From the NCBI GenBank assembly GCA_041690295.1, contig JAWLHR010000007.1, forward strand, positions 1 through 64,000: a stretch of 64,000 nucleotides of DNA, read 5' to 3'. Below are positions 9,183 through 18,302 of the stretch, piece by piece (position 1 is the stretch's first letter; every line of letters starts with the position of its first letter). The notes under the pieces are model-generated. The model did not search any database, was not told where the DNA came from, and saw only the letters and a program-made list of their open reading frames with translations. The stretch is from Bdellovibrionales bacterium (GTDB taxonomy: Bacteria; Bdellovibrionota; Bdellovibrionia; Bdellovibrionales; UBA1609). The translations under genes were made by a program, and so were the position numbers.

Positions 9183-12100
9183 TTAAAGTTCACTTTGTAC
9201 TCAAGGTCCAAGCCAAACACATTCTGCGTGGAGTTCTTTTTCTCCTGGACCGCTTCCTTACCTTCCCACGACCCAACGGCGGAAAGGTTCTTGTTAATCT
9301 TATACTCAAGTTTCACGTTATTGGTCGGGTTCGCTTGGAGCGTGCTCGACGCCGAAGCGCCGAACTTCGGCGTCCACTGTTTGGAGAGAGTCACCTTCGG
9401 ATTCGACGCGGTATCCGGCGTCGGTTGGCTGGATGAGATCTTCAAATCCACGCCGAGAGTTTCCTTGATGCGTTTGCCGCCGGCTTTCTGCAAGATGGTC
9501 GAAGTCGCGGCGGCCGCGGTGTTGGCGGTTTGGTAATCCGCGGCTTTTCGTTCTTCGATTCCCGCTGTTGTCACGCCGAGAGCCAGAAGCGAGACGATTT
9601 CCCTCTGGCTGAGCGGTGGTTGCGAACTCAAAATGATTTCGGGGTTAGGGCCGCGGCCCTGCACCAGAAGATTGATATCGTAAATGCGCTCCGCCACTTC
9701 CTGATGACCTTCCTCCTGAATACTTTCGCTCGCCCGGGTCGTGGCGGTCAGGTAAATTCGGGGCGCCTGAGGCGGGTTGTTGTTGTACTCCACGAAAGCG
9801 GAAGTGATATCGAACGGCTGATCGCGGAAAAAGACCTTGCCCCCCGGCGACGGTGTCAGCGTTCCGGTGAGAAGCAACCGATCGGGCGTTCCCGTGGCTT
9901 TGACGTTGCCGTTGATCTGCGCTTGCATCAGTGAATTATTGACCGACACCGGACTGTTGATCGCCACATCAATCAAGAAGGTGAATGGATGGAAGGCTTC
10001 CTGATAAAGGAACCGGGGAAGATAGGCGCTGGCTTTCACGCTGGATGAAGAAGAAACATCTTCGCCGATTTCGTAAGTGATTTCTCCACCGGACACGGCG
10101 TAATTGATGTCCATCACATAGGGGAACTGCCGGCCGCGGATCGCCACCGTTCCTGAACCGCGGGTGCGGAAATTCTCGGGAATGTTGATGCGAACATCGC
10201 GGAATGTCCCTTTCACATCCACGGTTTGCGCGCCGGCGGTGAATTCAATGCGGCCGTCGCCGGAAACCTTGCCGCTGGCCAAATCCGCGCGCACGCTGTT
10301 CAGGAGAATTTGATTGTCATTGAACAAAATATCGGCGCGCACGTTGCTGAACGGGTGGAGGAAATCCACGAACTTGGCATAACCGCGGTCGATATAGGCC
10401 GAGCCGCTCAGCTTTGGATTTTGCAATGTGCCCCGTAGATCCACCGAGAGCGACAAGTTTCCGCGCAAGTCGGATATGAACGGGGTGAACAAACCGAGCA
10501 GGCTGACATCCATCTTGCCGTTCAAACTGGCGTTCAAATTGTTTTTGCCGAAATTCACCGCATCGAGTTTCAAGTAATTATCACCCGAGCTGATGGCGAA
10601 GTTCGACGAATTGGCCACACCGTCGCGGGCGACGATCATCATCGGCTTTTCCGACTTCATGACCGTGGCCCCTTTGCGCAACATGAACTCGTCGAACTGC
10701 ACCGTTCCGCTGGAATTCCAAAAACCGCCCTTGGCCGCCTGAAGATTCACGGACAAAGACACGGAGGTTTCAAAATCCAATTGCTTGGCGGAGCGGGACA
10801 CCAGTGAAAATAAATTCGTGAAATCCCATTTCTTGGCCTTCATCCGAAATAAAAAGGGACCGTCGTCGCTATAGGGAATAACAAAATCGCCGTACACTTT
10901 ACTGCCCAGAAACTGACCGGAACCTTCCATTCGATCGGAGAGAAAGCTCAGTTTGAAAATGGAATCCTCGGCCGGTTGATCGGCCATGATCACTCGTGAG
11001 AACCGGCCGTTCAGTTCGATGTTGGGACTGGCGAGCGGCCCGCGGATCAAGAGGGTCATGTCGGCCAATCCTTGAACGTCAAACCCCAGATCAATGACCC
11101 GTTCGGATTGTTCGAGTCTGAGGGCGCGGGCCACCAGCACGGAGTCGATTTGACCGTCGCGCGTGATCTGGCCCTTCATATCGATGATCCCGTTCGCCTT
11201 GGTGAGGTGAATGCTTTCGCTTTTCACCAATCCCTCGTCCGCGCGAACATTGAAAACCAAGCGGTCGAAACTTTCCCCCGCCAGGTGTCCGCGGAAAAAG
11301 TTCGAATGAAGCCGGTAGGTGAGATCGCGGAAGCTGAATGGGCCTTCGGCCTCAAGCGAGCCCGATCCGGTTCCAGCCACTTCGATCGGCATTGGATATT
11401 TGCGCTGGAAGAGGCCGTGCACATCTTTCAAGTCGACAAAGGGGAGCTGCGCGCGGATGCGAATTCTGTCTTTATTCAAATCCACGTCCACATCCCCGTT
11501 GAATCGGGAGTTGCCGTTTTGTCCCTGCAAACCGGGAAAGCTTAAGACGCCGGCTTCGTATTTCAGCGAACCGTCCACTTGACCGAGCGGCCAATCCTCG
11601 AGCCAGAAGTCCTTGGTGGTGACCTTCATATCGATCGTGGCCCAGTCCGATGTTCCCTCGGTATTGCCTTTGAGAACCGCTTCCCCTTCGAATTTCAGAT
11701 TCGCCAGGTTCTTTACGTCCTTGAACGAAACATGAGGGGCGTCATAGGTGATTTTGAATCCCTTGTCGTAGTCGATGACACCTTGGGTTTTCGCTTTCGA
11801 CTCCGCCCCCACCTCAAGAACCGCGTCGTATTCAACCTGCTGAAGATTCACTTTCACATTGCCCTGGGCCCGCAATTGATGAGCTTCGACGATGGGCGGT
11901 TTTTGGGGGCCATCACCGTGAACAAAGAGTCGGCCCGAGTTCACTCGGGCTTTGCACTCCAATTCTTTTTTGGAATGCCACTGCCCGAAACAATCCGCTT
12001 CCGAATCCAGTTTCAGTTCAACCGGAATTTTGCCCACGCCAAGATTCACCAGCAGCTGGGCGAGATCCAGTTTCTCGCTTTTCACATGTCCTCTAAGCGT

Positions 12101-13177
12101 CGGGTAGGGCGCGAGTTCGATGTGAAGACCGCTGACGTGGGCGGCGCCGCTGTTATTTTGTATCGAGAGTTTATCGCTCTGGATGGATTTGAAATCGGAT
12201 TGAACCCGTCCGTTGATATCGCCGACGTGGTATTTTCCGATTTCAAACGCCTCGGTCTTGAGCGATGATTCCACTTTCTTGATCTGACCGGCGTTCAATT
12301 CCACACCGACGTCGAACTCTCCATGACCGGAGAAAATCGGAAGTTTCGGTTTGCGGAAAACCCGTTCCCACTGGTTGATGCTGGAGAAATCCAGCTTGGC
12401 CCTTGCGTTGATCACGCCGTTTTCCAATTTCCCTTTCGCGAGGTCGCCGTTGAAGTGCCCGCTGGCCACGAAAAATCCTTCATCCGCCACGAGCTTGAGC
12501 GCCGAGACCTGAATCTCTTTGGCTTCCACTAGAGTGCGAAGTTCCGCCTGGACTTCGAGGGGAAGAACCGGGCCGCTGGGTTTGACGAGAACCGTCGGCG
12601 CGCTGAAGTCGATGAACAAAGAACGAAAACGGTTTTCCACGATGAGATCGAGTTCGCTCAATCGAACCACCATGTTCTCGGGAAGTCGCGCTTGAAGACG
12701 GATGTTGTCCAAGTGGATTTCATCAATGGGTAAGCTGTAAATGGCGTCAAAGTTCACTTTGGGCGGGCCGCCCGCGCCGGTGGCGCCATCGGAAGTCTGG
12801 TTAAAGAGTTCGGGGTCTTCCAAAAAGAAGTTCAGTTCGGAATCCCGGATGAACAATTCGCTCAAGCGGAACTGGCCGCGAAGCAGGGGAAGAATGGCCA
12901 GTTTGGCGCCGGCGTATTTGAGACGGGCGGGCGCCATGAACTTGGCGAACGGCTTTTGCGGCAAGAGCCGCACGTCCTCGAGGACGATTCCGAGCGGGAT
13001 GAGATGGAAATGAAGTTTTTGCGCCCAGACGCGAATGGGTGAGTGTTTCTCGGTCAGCCGCTCCACCTCTAGAAGCAGAAGTGTTTCCAACTTGGGTAAA
13101 TGATACTTGTAGGTGAATCCCAGAAGGAAACAGAAGGCCGCCAGCAGGGAGATACGAAACGCCCAGTGTTTCGTCAT
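9179..13177 (-). CDS. tamB: TamB/AsmA-like translocation and assembly module protein
   Basis: N-terminal anchor, long beta-rich body, DUF490-type C-terminus (LSSQPPLSQREIVSLLALG). ATG 13177 overlaps the upstream stop (ATGA). Confidence 0.88.
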   Translation of the reverse strand: MTKHWAFRISLLAAFCFLLGFTYKYHLPKLETLLLLEVERLTEKHSPIRVWAQKLHFHLIPLGIVLEDVRLLPQKPFAKFMAPARLKYAGAKLAILPLLRGQFRLSELFIRDSELNFFLEDPELFNQTSDGATGAGGPPKVNFDAIYSLPIDEIHLDNIRLQARLPENMVVRLSELDLIVENRFRSLFIDFSAPTVLVKPSGPVLPLEVQAELRTLVEAKEIQVSALKLVADEGFFVASGHFNGDLAKGKLENGVINARAKLDFSSINQWERVFRKPKLPIFSGHGEFDVGVELNAGQIKKVESSLKTEAFEIGKYHVGDINGRVQSDFKSIQSDKLSIQNNSGAAHVSGLHIELAPYPTLRGHVKSEKLDLAQLLVNLGVGKIPVELKLDSEADCFGQWHSKKELECKARVNSGRLFVHGDGPQKPPIVEAHQLRAQGNVKVNLQQVEYDAVLEVGAESKAKTQGVIDYDKGFKITYDAPHVSFKDVKNLANLKFEGEAVLKGNTEGTSDWATIDMKVTTKDFWLEDWPLGQVDGSLKYEAGVLSFPGLQGQNGNSRFNGDVDVDLNKDRIRIRAQLPFVDLKDVHGLFQRKYPMPIEVAGTGSGSLEAEGPFSFRDLTYRLHSNFFRGHLAGESFDRLVFNVRADEGLVKSESIHLTKANGIIDMKGQITRDGQIDSVLVARALRLEQSERVIDLGFDVQGLADMTLLIRGPLASPNIELNGRFSRVIMADQPAEDSIFKLSFLSDRMEGSGQFLGSKVYGDFVIPYSDDGPFLFRMKAKKWDFTNLFSLVSRSAKQLDFETSVSLSVNLQAAKGGFWNSSGTVQFDEFMLRKGATVMKSEKPMMIVARDGVANSSNFAISSGDNYLKLDAVNFGKNNLNASLNGKMDVSLLGLFTPFISDLRGNLSLSVDLRGTLQNPKLSGSAYIDRGYAKFVDFLHPFSNVRADILFNDNQILLNSVRADLASGKVSGDGRIEFTAGAQTVDVKGTFRDVRINIPENFRTRGSGTVAIRGRQFPYVMDINYAVSGGEITYEIGEDVSSSSSVKASAYLPRFLYQEAFHPFTFLIDVAINSPVSVNNSLMQAQINGNVKATGTPDRLLLTGTLTPSPGGKVFFRDQPFDITSAFVEYNNNPPQAPRIYLTATTRASESIQEEGHQEVAERIYDINLLVQGRGPNPEIILSSQPPLSQREIVSLLALGVTTAGIEERKAADYQTANTAAAATSTILQKAGGKRIKETLGVDLKISSSQPTPDTASNPKVTLSKQWTPKFGASASSTLQANPTNNVKLEYKINKNLSAVGSWEGKEAVQEKKNSTQNVFGLDLEYKVNFK

Positions 13178-14223
13178 TCCCAAAAAGCTCCTTCAGTCCA
13201 TTCTTGGATCAATGCCTGAGCCGAGCGGTAACCCGGACGAATCCGCACGATGCTCTGGAGAATCTCCAACGCCGCTTCTTTTTGCCCCAATTCTTTGAAG
13301 CATTGGGCTTTCAAATAGTTCACGGCGAATGAAGTTTCAGGATTTTCGGCGTATTTGAGTTCCAATCTTCCCAACAAATCCATTGCCTCCACGAAATGCC
13401 GGGCGGCGATCAGAAGATCCACTCGCAGCCACTCGTTGGCGAGACTCTCGGGAGCCCAATCCAGGGCTTTGAGCGCCCGGTTGTACTCTTGCATGAAAAA
13501 ATAGCCGATTGCTAGATCCGAGGCGAATTCGGGGTGCTCCTGGCAGATCTTCTCGCCCGCGTGCATAAAGCAATCCAGCATTTCGTCATCCGCCGGCGAG
13601 TTGCGTATCACCATGCGCTCAAGTTTTTCATTGGAGAGCGTGGTCATATGGGTGGAGAGGACGTTACGGGCCCACTCGTCCTCGAACTCGGCTTTTAACT
13701 TTTGCAAATGGGGATCGTTGGGAAAAAGTTCGAGCATTCGGCGTAAAACCCGTCCGGCCTGCTCGGTGAGACGCTGGGCGCGCAGAAACTCGAATTTTTC
13801 CAGCATGTTTTGTTTTTCTTTACGCCCTTCGGTGATCAGCTCATCCAAAAGCTGACTTCGCAACGCGCCGATGCGCTTGTCCCACTTCTCCCAGGATCGG
13901 GCGTTGATGATTTCGTGGTTCGCCCGCTGTTTGCGTAAGCCCTTAAGTAACGCCAGGATCGTGGATGATCGGGGCCGGAGATCGGATGTGATGTCCACAA
14001 AAAGATCAAACGGGAATCGCTCTTTGGTTTTCAGCGATTCGATCATGGTGTGAACGATGGTGGCGTCCTTGCCCCAGTTGCGCAGGAAATGCCAATAAAC
14101 GCGCTTTTCATCCCAGGTCTTCGCCGGACTGAGCAGTGCTTTAACCAGGTGCCGCAACAATTTCGCGGACGAAGGTTTCTTTTTTAAGATGTCCCTGAGC
14201 TCAAGCTCGTTGATGGAATCCAC
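13174..14223 (-). CDS. TPR-containing protein, first gene of the tamB-tamA operon
   Basis: Helical protein with C-terminal TPR repeats; translationally coupled to tamB. Confidence 0.8.
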   Translation of the reverse strand: MDSINELELRDILKKKPSSAKLLRHLVKALLSPAKTWDEKRVYWHFLRNWGKDATIVHTMIESLKTKERFPFDLFVDITSDLRPRSSTILALLKGLRKQRANHEIINARSWEKWDKRIGALRSQLLDELITEGRKEKQNMLEKFEFLRAQRLTEQAGRVLRRMLELFPNDPHLQKLKAEFEDEWARNVLSTHMTTLSNEKLERMVIRNSPADDEMLDCFMHAGEKICQEHPEFASDLAIGYFFMQEYNRALKALDWAPESLANEWLRVDLLIAARHFVEAMDLLGRLELKYAENPETSFAVNYLKAQCFKELGQKEAALEILQSIVRIRPGYRSAQALIQEWTEGAFWE

Positions 14224-14327
14224 GTTGCACGCCTTTATCGATGCGCTTGGACAAAAATTCTTATCCTTATAATTGTCTTAAGGATTTTTCGTCCCCGCGA
14301 GGCCTGACCTGGCGCGCAAAAATTCCC

Positions 14328-14894
14328 TTACTTTAGGTTGACCCGCTCGACGTAAGACCCGTCTGAAGTGTTGATTTTTAGCAAGTCACCTTCGTTGATG
14401 TGCAGGGGCACTTGCACCACAAACCCGGTCTCCAGTGTGGCCGGTTTGTAGGTGTTGGTGACCGTGTTGCCTTTGAAGCCCGGATCGGTTTTCACCACGC
14501 GCAGATTCACCGACTTTGGTATTTCCACGCCCACCGCGCGATCATTGAAAAACACAACCTTCACCTTGAGATTCTCAGTCAGGTAGTTGGCGGCGTCTCC
14601 CAACAGGTCCGCGTCCAGTGAAATCTGCTCGTAAGTACTTTGGTCCATGAAGTGGAAGCCGGACTCATCTTTGTACAAGAAATCCATTTCTTTGAAAGCC
14701 ACGTCGGGAATTCCGAATTTCTCACCCGATTTGAAAGTTCGCTCCAAGTTGGAGCCGGTCACCAGATGCTTGAGTTTGGTTCGGGTGAACTGATTGCCTT
14801 TACCCGGCTTCACGTGCTGGAAATCGACAACCGAGTACGGCTCGCCATCGATCAATATTTTCAATCCCTTTTTAAAATCGCTTAAATCGTACAT
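14328..14894 (-). CDS. efp: Elongation factor P
   Basis: HVKPGKG loop; KPATLETG...VQVPLHINEGD. Confidence 0.98.
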   Translation of the reverse strand: MYDLSDFKKGLKILIDGEPYSVVDFQHVKPGKGNQFTRTKLKHLVTGSNLERTFKSGEKFGIPDVAFKEMDFLYKDESGFHFMDQSTYEQISLDADLLGDAANYLTENLKVKVVFFNDRAVGVEIPKSVNLRVVKTDPGFKGNTVTNTYKPATLETGFVVQVPLHINEGDLLKINTSDGSYVERVNLK

Positions 14895-14947
14895 TATGAC
14901 CCCGAGGACAAATTTAATGGATTCCCCTGAATAATCAATTGTGGGGT

Positions 14948-15739
14948 TTAAGTAAACTGCTTCTTACGGACGTGAACCAAAAGATCCTGGAGGAGTTGGA
15001 TTTTGCCCTCTAAGGCCTCCTGCTTGCGGCTCGGAGGTTTCTCCTTAGGGGCGGCCGCCTTCTCCAGTCCTCGTTGGTTCACCAGTTTCAGGCGCTTGAT
15101 CAATTCGGGATGGTTGGGAAAATAAGCTTCGGCGTCCTTCAGGGCCTGACGGGCTTTTTCGATGTCATTGCGGACGATATAAGCATCCACCAGGGAAATC
15201 GTCCGCTCCAAATCGCTGGCGACGGGGGCGGCCGCGAGCGGCTTTAGGGGTTCGGGCGTCTCCGTGCCTAACTGATCGACCTGCACCAAGGGTTTCATTT
15301 CAAACAAATCTTCATCGTACTCGTCAGCGGTCAACGATTCGAGTTTGGCGACGGCGCGGATGGCTTTCTCGTTGGTGGGCGCGAGAAATAAAACCATCTT
15401 GAAACTTTTCAGGGCGTCTTTCGGGCGCTTCACTTTGAGGTAGCACTCGCCCAAGAGGGAATGCGCCAAAATATTATCCGGCGAAAGTTCAATGGCCTTT
15501 TCCAGCTCATCGATGGCGGCCGCTAAATTGTCGCGATCCAAAAAAACTTTGGCTAATGCTATGCGTCCGCCGCTGAAGTTGGGATTGAATTGGACTCCTC
15601 GCACGGCGATTCGAAACGCTTCTTCGATCAATCCCATTTTTCGATAAGCTTCCGTGAGCGGTGCGAAAACTTGAGATTTGGGATCTTTCTGGAGAAGGAT
15701 CTGATACTTTTCAATCAGCTCGGGCTGGATGTCTTGCAT
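14948..15739 (-). CDS. TPR protein
   Basis: Several TPR repeats (FAPLTEAYRKMG, AHSLLGECYL). Start is ATG 15739 or TTG 15742. Confidence 0.85.
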   Translation of the reverse strand: MQDIQPELIEKYQILLQKDPKSQVFAPLTEAYRKMGLIEEAFRIAVRGVQFNPNFSGGRIALAKVFLDRDNLAAAIDELEKAIELSPDNILAHSLLGECYLKVKRPKDALKSFKMVLFLAPTNEKAIRAVAKLESLTADEYDEDLFEMKPLVQVDQLGTETPEPLKPLAAAPVASDLERTISLVDAYIVRNDIEKARQALKDAEAYFPNHPELIKRLKLVNQRGLEKAAAPKEKPPSRKQEALEGKIQLLQDLLVHVRKKQFT

Positions 15740-15788
15740 CAATCCTATCTTCCCACCATAATCGGACAGGAAGCAAGGGGGGCGTTGA

Positions 15789-16295
15789 TTGATTCTTGGT
15801 TTGGATCCCGGCAGTCGTTACTGCGGGTATGGTCTGATCGATCAAAATGGGGATCAGATTCGCGCCTTGGATTACGGCACCATATCCCTACCGGAGCATT
15901 TGCCCTTGCCCGTTCGCTTGAATTTACTCAGCGAGGAATTAACCAAAATTTTCACCCGCCATGCGATCCGCCAAGCGGTGGTGGAGCGCGTATTTTTTGG
16001 TAAGAATGCGGACTCGGCATTCAAGCTCGGGCATGCCCGCGGGGTGTGCCTGATGATGGCGGCTCGCTTCGGCGTGGATGTGCATGAATACGCCGCACGA
16101 TTCGTTAAAAAGTGTGTGACGGGATCGGGCTCGGCGACCAAAGATCAAGTTCAGCTGATGATGCGCCATCTACTGAATCTGCCATCCGTTGATTTGGGGG
16201 TTGATGCCACCGATGCCTTGGCTTTGGCGGTGACTCACGTGCGCGATCAGGAAAGCCGCGAACGTGTGCGCCGCGCGATGGAGAGGACTCTATGA
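15789..16295 (+). CDS. ruvC: Holliday junction resolvase RuvC
   Basis: ILGLDPG and DATDALALA motifs; first gene of ruvCAB. Confidence 0.97.
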   Translation: MILGLDPGSRYCGYGLIDQNGDQIRALDYGTISLPEHLPLPVRLNLLSEELTKIFTRHAIRQAVVERVFFGKNADSAFKLGHARGVCLMMAARFGVDVHEYAARFVKKCVTGSGSATKDQVQLMMRHLLNLPSVDLGVDATDALALAVTHVRDQESRERVRRAMERTL

Positions 16296-16855
16296 TTGGT
16301 TATTTGCAGGGACGGCCGTTACGCTTTTTTGATGAGCAGATGATCCTGCTGGTTCAAGGCGTTGGTTATGAGCTGAATTGTTCGCGCAACACTTTGGAAG
16401 ATCTCAGAGGAAAACCGTTCGTCGAAGTTTGGGTTCACACCCATGTGCGCGAGGACGCTTTACAACTTTTTGGGTTCGCCACGGAACTGGAGCGCTCCTT
16501 GTTTCTCTCTCTTCTTAAGGTGAATGGTATCGGCCCGAAATCGGCGATACAGATTCTTTCGGGCGCGCGTCCGGATCAAATCGCCCGGTGGATCGAGGAC
16601 GCCAACGCCTCGGCTCTCGCCAAATTGCCCAAGATCGGCAAGAAAAGCGCCGAGCAGATCATCCTCACGCTGCAAGGAAAACTTGTTCGCGGCACGGGGA
16701 CCGACGCGGGATTCGTGGCGCGCTCACAAATCGTGTCCGCGCTGGTCAACTTGGGATTTCGCTTGGGTGATGTGGAACGCGTGGTGGATCAGATGCCGCC
16801 GGAAACGGATTTTGAAAGCGGCTTACGCCAGGGATTGGCATCGCTTACGACATAA
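16292..16855 (+). CDS. ruvA: Holliday junction branch migration protein RuvA
   Basis: GVGYE, HVREDA and HhH motifs (VNGIGPKSA, IGKKSAE). Confidence 0.97.
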   Translation: MIGYLQGRPLRFFDEQMILLVQGVGYELNCSRNTLEDLRGKPFVEVWVHTHVREDALQLFGFATELERSLFLSLLKVNGIGPKSAIQILSGARPDQIARWIEDANASALAKLPKIGKKSAEQIILTLQGKLVRGTGTDAGFVARSQIVSALVNLGFRLGDVERVVDQMPPETDFESGLRQGLASLTT

Positions 16856-16867
16856 GGAGTTCGCGGC

Positions 16868-17857
16868 GTGGAATTGGAACGCGTGATCAGTGGTGAACCG
16901 CAGGACGGCGACGGTCTGCTGGATAAAAGTTTGCGGCCGAAGTCGTTCGCCGAGTTCCCCGGCCAAGATAAAGTGAAACAAAAACTTCAGGTGTTCACCC
17001 AAGCCGCCGTGAAGCGGGGAGAGCCCCTGGATCACACTTTACTTTGTGGTCCGCCGGGGTTGGGAAAAACCACCTTGGCCCATATTCTGGCCAACACCAT
17101 GGGCGCGGATTTCAAATCCACCAGCGGCCCGGCGCTTCACCGTAAAGGCGATCTGGCCGCGATCTTGACCGGCTTGAAGCCGGGATCGGTGTTGTTCATC
17201 GATGAAATTCATCGCCTCAGCCGTGACATCGAAGAGTACCTTTATAGCGCGATGGAGGACTTTTACATCGACATCGTGACCGGCGAAGGACTTGGCGCGC
17301 GCAGCATGCGTTTTCAATTGAATCCGTTCACTCTGGTGGGCGCCACCACCCGGGCGGGTTTGCTCAAAGGTCCGTTCCGCGATCGTTTCGGTATCGTCGA
17401 ACGGTTAAGTTTCTACACCAAAGAATCTTTGGTCACGATTTTGGAACGCTCCGCTCAACTCTTGAACATGACGTTGACACCGGAAGGGGCGGAACAGATC
17501 GCCGCCCGCTCGCGCGGAACTCCGCGCGTGGCGAATCGGCTCCTGAGACGGGTGCGCGACTACGCGGATGTCCGCGGTGATGGCGTCGTCACGGGAGAGC
17601 TGGCGAAATTCGCGTTGGATGAACTCGAAGTCGATCAGCTCGGTCTTGAGCCGATGGATCGGAAAATCTTAACTCTCATTCAAGATAAATTCGGCGGCGG
17701 TCCCGTGGGTATCGATACCCTGTCGGCGGCACTCAGCGAAGAAGTCGACACCCTGGAAGAAGTCTACGAACCGTTCTTGCTGCAAGAAGGTTTGATCCAA
17801 AAAACTCCGCGCGGCCGCGTGATCACCGACCGCACCCGCGCCCACCTCAAAAGGTAG
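16868..17857 (+). CDS. ruvB: Holliday junction helicase RuvB
   Basis: GPPGLGKTT, FIDEIHR, SRGTPR and KTPRGR motifs. Confidence 0.99.
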   Translation: MELERVISGEPQDGDGLLDKSLRPKSFAEFPGQDKVKQKLQVFTQAAVKRGEPLDHTLLCGPPGLGKTTLAHILANTMGADFKSTSGPALHRKGDLAAILTGLKPGSVLFIDEIHRLSRDIEEYLYSAMEDFYIDIVTGEGLGARSMRFQLNPFTLVGATTRAGLLKGPFRDRFGIVERLSFYTKESLVTILERSAQLLNMTLTPEGAEQIAARSRGTPRVANRLLRRVRDYADVRGDGVVTGELAKFALDELEVDQLGLEPMDRKILTLIQDKFGGGPVGIDTLSAALSEEVDTLEEVYEPFLLQEGLIQKTPRGRVITDRTRAHLKR

Positions 17858-17885
17858 GCCGTTCCAAATCAGGATGCAGGCTGGC

Positions 17886-18302
17886 TTAGCGGCTCGCCGG
17901 TGTCCGGGCCATTCGGTAAAGGCGACAGAGTTCGGCCAGTTTAAACGGGGATTTGACTCGTGATGGCCTTTTTGGCCAGGCCTTGAGCGCCTTATCGATG
18001 TCTTGAGTTTCCCGATAAAGGCTTCGAATCAGGGCCTTATAATATCCGCGCGCCTCGCTTTTCGTTTCCGTGGAGGCGAGATAGTGGAGGAGCGGAAGGG
18101 CGACCGAGTTTTTGTTTGGTTTCAGAATTTCCGCCCAAGCCGACTGAATCAGCTCGTTTCGCGGAATCCGCTCGAATTGCAGAGCGAGCATTTTAGCTTC
18201 GCTGTTCCTCAAATAATGAATCTTTTTGATTTTGCATTCGACCGTCGTGGCCGCTTGAGAGGCGGAGCTTGTAATCAATGCGAAAAGAAATATGGCGATC
18301 AT
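17886..18302 (-). CDS. Small exported basic hypothetical protein
   Basis: ATG 18302 overlaps the upstream TGA (ATGA); signal peptide MIAIFLFALITSSASQA. Confidence 0.7.
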   Translation of the reverse strand: MIAIFLFALITSSASQAATTVECKIKKIHYLRNSEAKMLALQFERIPRNELIQSAWAEILKPNKNSVALPLLHYLASTETKSEARGYYKALIRSLYRETQDIDKALKAWPKRPSRVKSPFKLAELCRLYRMARTPASR

